Part shown: in pieces, positions 62,178 to 64,000 of the stretch
Layout: the number at the start of each line of letters is the position of its first letter
Numbering within the stretch: the stretch's first letter is position 1
IMG/VR virus record: IMGVR_UViG_3300027884_000001
Origin: an uncultured virus (IMG/VR IMGVR_UViG_3300027884_000001)
Lineage: Duplodnaviria > Heunggongvirae > Uroviricota > Caudoviricetes
Direction: 5' to 3' (one strand)
Length of the DNA: 64,000 nucleotides
The notes under the pieces: generated by a model
What the model was told of the DNA's origin: nothing
The model's input: the letters and a program-made list of their open reading frames with translations, nothing else
Databases searched by the model: none
Translations under genes and position numbers: made by a program

Positions 62178-62909
62178 ATGCCGAAGCTCAACCAGATCAT
62201 TGCCGTGGAGAAGGGCATCAAGAACGAGAGCAACGTCGCGATCACGGCGGCGTACCACGAGATTCAGAAGACCGAACCGTTCAGCGGGATCTCGCGCACC
62301 TACTCGCCGCTCGACGAGGAGGGCGAGAAGTTTCCGCCCGAGCACAAGAAGGTGCAGAAGCGCGGCGGCGAGATCCTGAAGTTCACCGCCGACACGATGA
62401 CCAAGTACTGGGACGTCACGCTCACCAAGGACGCCGCGAACACCACGGCCAAGGGCGACATCGTCGTCGACGGCAAGACGATCGCGACGGACATCCCTGT
62501 CACGTTCATGCTGTTTCTCGAGAAGCAGCTCGGCGACCTCGCGACGATGGTCAAGAAGCTGCCCGTGCTCGATCCGGGTGAGTCGTGGAAGCTCGATCCC
62601 ACGCAGGACTGCTACGCGACCGAGCCGAACGAGACCGCGAAGACCAAGAAGATCCCCAAGAGCTTCGTCGCGGTCGAGGCGACCAAGGAGCATCCGGCCC
62701 AGGCCACCGTTTTCCAGGAAGACGTGCTCGTGGGCAAGTGGAAGACCGTCAAGTACAGCGGTGCGCTTCCCGCCAAGCACATCGCAGAGCTGCTGGAGCG
62801 CATCGGCAAGGTGCAGGCAGCCGTCAAGTTTGCCCGGGAAGAAGCCAACAGCATCGCTGTGAGCGAGCGTCACGTTGGCAAGAAGGTGTTCGACTTCATC
62901 CTCGGGTGA
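62178..62909 (+). CDS. Conserved hypothetical protein ('KLNQIIAVEKG' family), candidate RNA-binding partner of the downstream ncRNA
   Basis: 243 aa with GAGGA RBS and very strong codon bias. Confidence 0.75.
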   Translation: MPKLNQIIAVEKGIKNESNVAITAAYHEIQKTEPFSGISRTYSPLDEEGEKFPPEHKKVQKRGGEILKFTADTMTKYWDVTLTKDAANTTAKGDIVVDGKTIATDIPVTFMLFLEKQLGDLATMVKKLPVLDPGESWKLDPTQDCYATEPNETAKTKKIPKSFVAVEATKEHPAQATVFQEDVLVGKWKTVKYSGALPAKHIAELLERIGKVQAAVKFAREEANSIAVSERHVGKKVFDFILG

Positions 62910-62915
62910 GAATCA

Positions 62916-63358
62916 TGGCGAGCGTCCGCGTTCGCCAGCAGGAGCAGTACAACCTCAAGCTGACACTTCACTCTGACGGCCCTACCTAAACGCGAGGAAC
63001 CTGGTTCGACTCCAGGGGGGCCCGCTCGGTCGACGACCCCATGGTCAGCGGCCGAACGGGCCCTGAGTTCGACGGTAGAACACGCGTGGGCCACTCACTC
63101 TCAGGCTCTTACTGCAAGCTCAAAAAGAAGCGCAAGTTGCACGATCGAATGGTCCGGTACGGTACCGAGTAGGCGGCGGTTCAATTCCGTCTGTCCCCTC
63201 CATGCGTACGAGCTAGCTAGCTGGTACGTGTCGAGGGGACATAGCTCAGTTCGTAGAGCGACTCGTCTGACATTGAAACCGGATCTCAAGTGGCGCGTGC
63301 GACCGGCAAAAGCGCGATGAAAACATCGATCCGATGGGGGCGGTTGGGTAGCCGCCCC
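62916..63358 (+). ncRNA. Structured ncRNA with two circularly permuted tRNA-like domains (T arm - acceptor stem - D arm)
   Basis: Domain 1 (62990-63087): CCTGG-TTCGACT-CCAGG; GGGGCCC/GGGCCCT; GTTC-GACGGTA-GAAC; closed by ACGCG/CGCGT. Domain 2 (63166-63265): GGCGG-TTCAATT-CCGTC; TGTCCCC-T-CCA/GGGGACA; TA-GCTC-AGTTCGTA-GAGC; closed by CGAGT/ACTCG. Terminal hairpin GGGGCGG/CCGCCCC at 63337-63358. Confidence 0.8.
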
Positions 63359-63418
63359 TGTCACTAACTTCGTCTTCGAGTAGCAAGCCCGCTTGTCAGC
63401 GCAACGGGAGGGTGGTCC

Positions 63419-63910
63419 ATGCAGCCAGTACGTGTCGGTCAACGGTGGAGCGTCCTGAATCTGAGGCACTTCCGCGTCGAATTTCTCGTCGAACGAATCG
63501 CCAACGCGCCCGAGCCACGCGCGTTCGGTCGCTACGTCGGCTCCAAGCGCGACAAGGAGATCTCGTTCACGGTCTCGGCGCTCACCAAGGGACTGCGCGG
63601 CGCGCGGCTGGTGCTCGACGCCGACGGGAGCGTGCCGTACAAGCCGCCCACCGACAAGATCGCCGCGGACCTCGACAACGAAGCCACCGCGAGCGACTTT
63701 CGCCACACGACCAAGCCCAAGGGCTTCGCGACGACGAGCGCGCGCATGGAAGAGGCGTTCCGGATGCGCGAGCAGGGTCTGAAGCCGGCCGAGATCGCAA
63801 AACTGTTCGGCATCAGTCGCTCATTGGTCTCGTCGTGGTGCCAGCGCGTGCAGCAGAAGATCTACGACGACCGTCTGCGGGAGCGGATGGCGAGGAAGAC
63901 GGGAACATGA
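63419..63910 (+). CDS. Protein with C-terminal helix-turn-helix
   Basis: 'AFRMREQGLKPAEIAKLFGISRSLVSSW'. Confidence 0.7.
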   Translation: MQPVRVGQRWSVLNLRHFRVEFLVERIANAPEPRAFGRYVGSKRDKEISFTVSALTKGLRGARLVLDADGSVPYKPPTDKIAADLDNEATASDFRHTTKPKGFATTSARMEEAFRMREQGLKPAEIAKLFGISRSLVSSWCQRVQQKIYDDRLRERMARKTGT

Positions 63911-64000
63911 AGCGGCACCAGTACAAGGTCGAAGGTTACGACTGTCGCGTGTCGTGTTCGCACACGATCAAGGGCGAGCACGGCATCTGCAGCGAGAAGT

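Noticed and set aside
63166..63300. Standard tRNA gene or two-piece tmRNA
   Set aside because: The halves are in permuted order with no anticodon loop. There is a full D stem, no G3-U70 pair and no convincing tag reading frame.

Overview
This GC-rich window looks like part of an uncultured bacteriophage or prophage genome: densely packed short ORFs with ATGA/GTGA overlaps and no host housekeeping operons. No terminase, portal or capsid gene is recognisable. From left to right: (i) small early-type genes, including a Svi3-3-like SAM lyase; (ii) a mostly minus-strand envelope/virion block with an HNH-AP2 endonuclease, a six-module glycosyltransferase/methyltransferase/phosphatase fusion, a radical SAM enzyme, a 1567-aa collagen-like fibre and four kinds of peptidoglycan hydrolase; (iii) a compact type V CRISPR locus, with a 628-aa Cas12m (V-U1)-like effector that keeps an intact RuvC D-E-D triad, followed 19 nt later by an array of about 61 repeats, and no cas1/cas2/cas4 in the window; (iv) a replication and nucleotide module (ThyX, DnaB, intein-containing primase, initiator with iteron-like repeats, dCTP deaminase); (v) many small plus-strand genes with a YqaJ exonuclease and a putative annealing protein; (vi) an approximately 450-nt structured non-coding region holding two circularly permuted tRNA-like domains, whose single-stranded motifs recur in the 5' leader of the gene just upstream. 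All family assignments come from motif recognition by eye and from memory; no searches were run.
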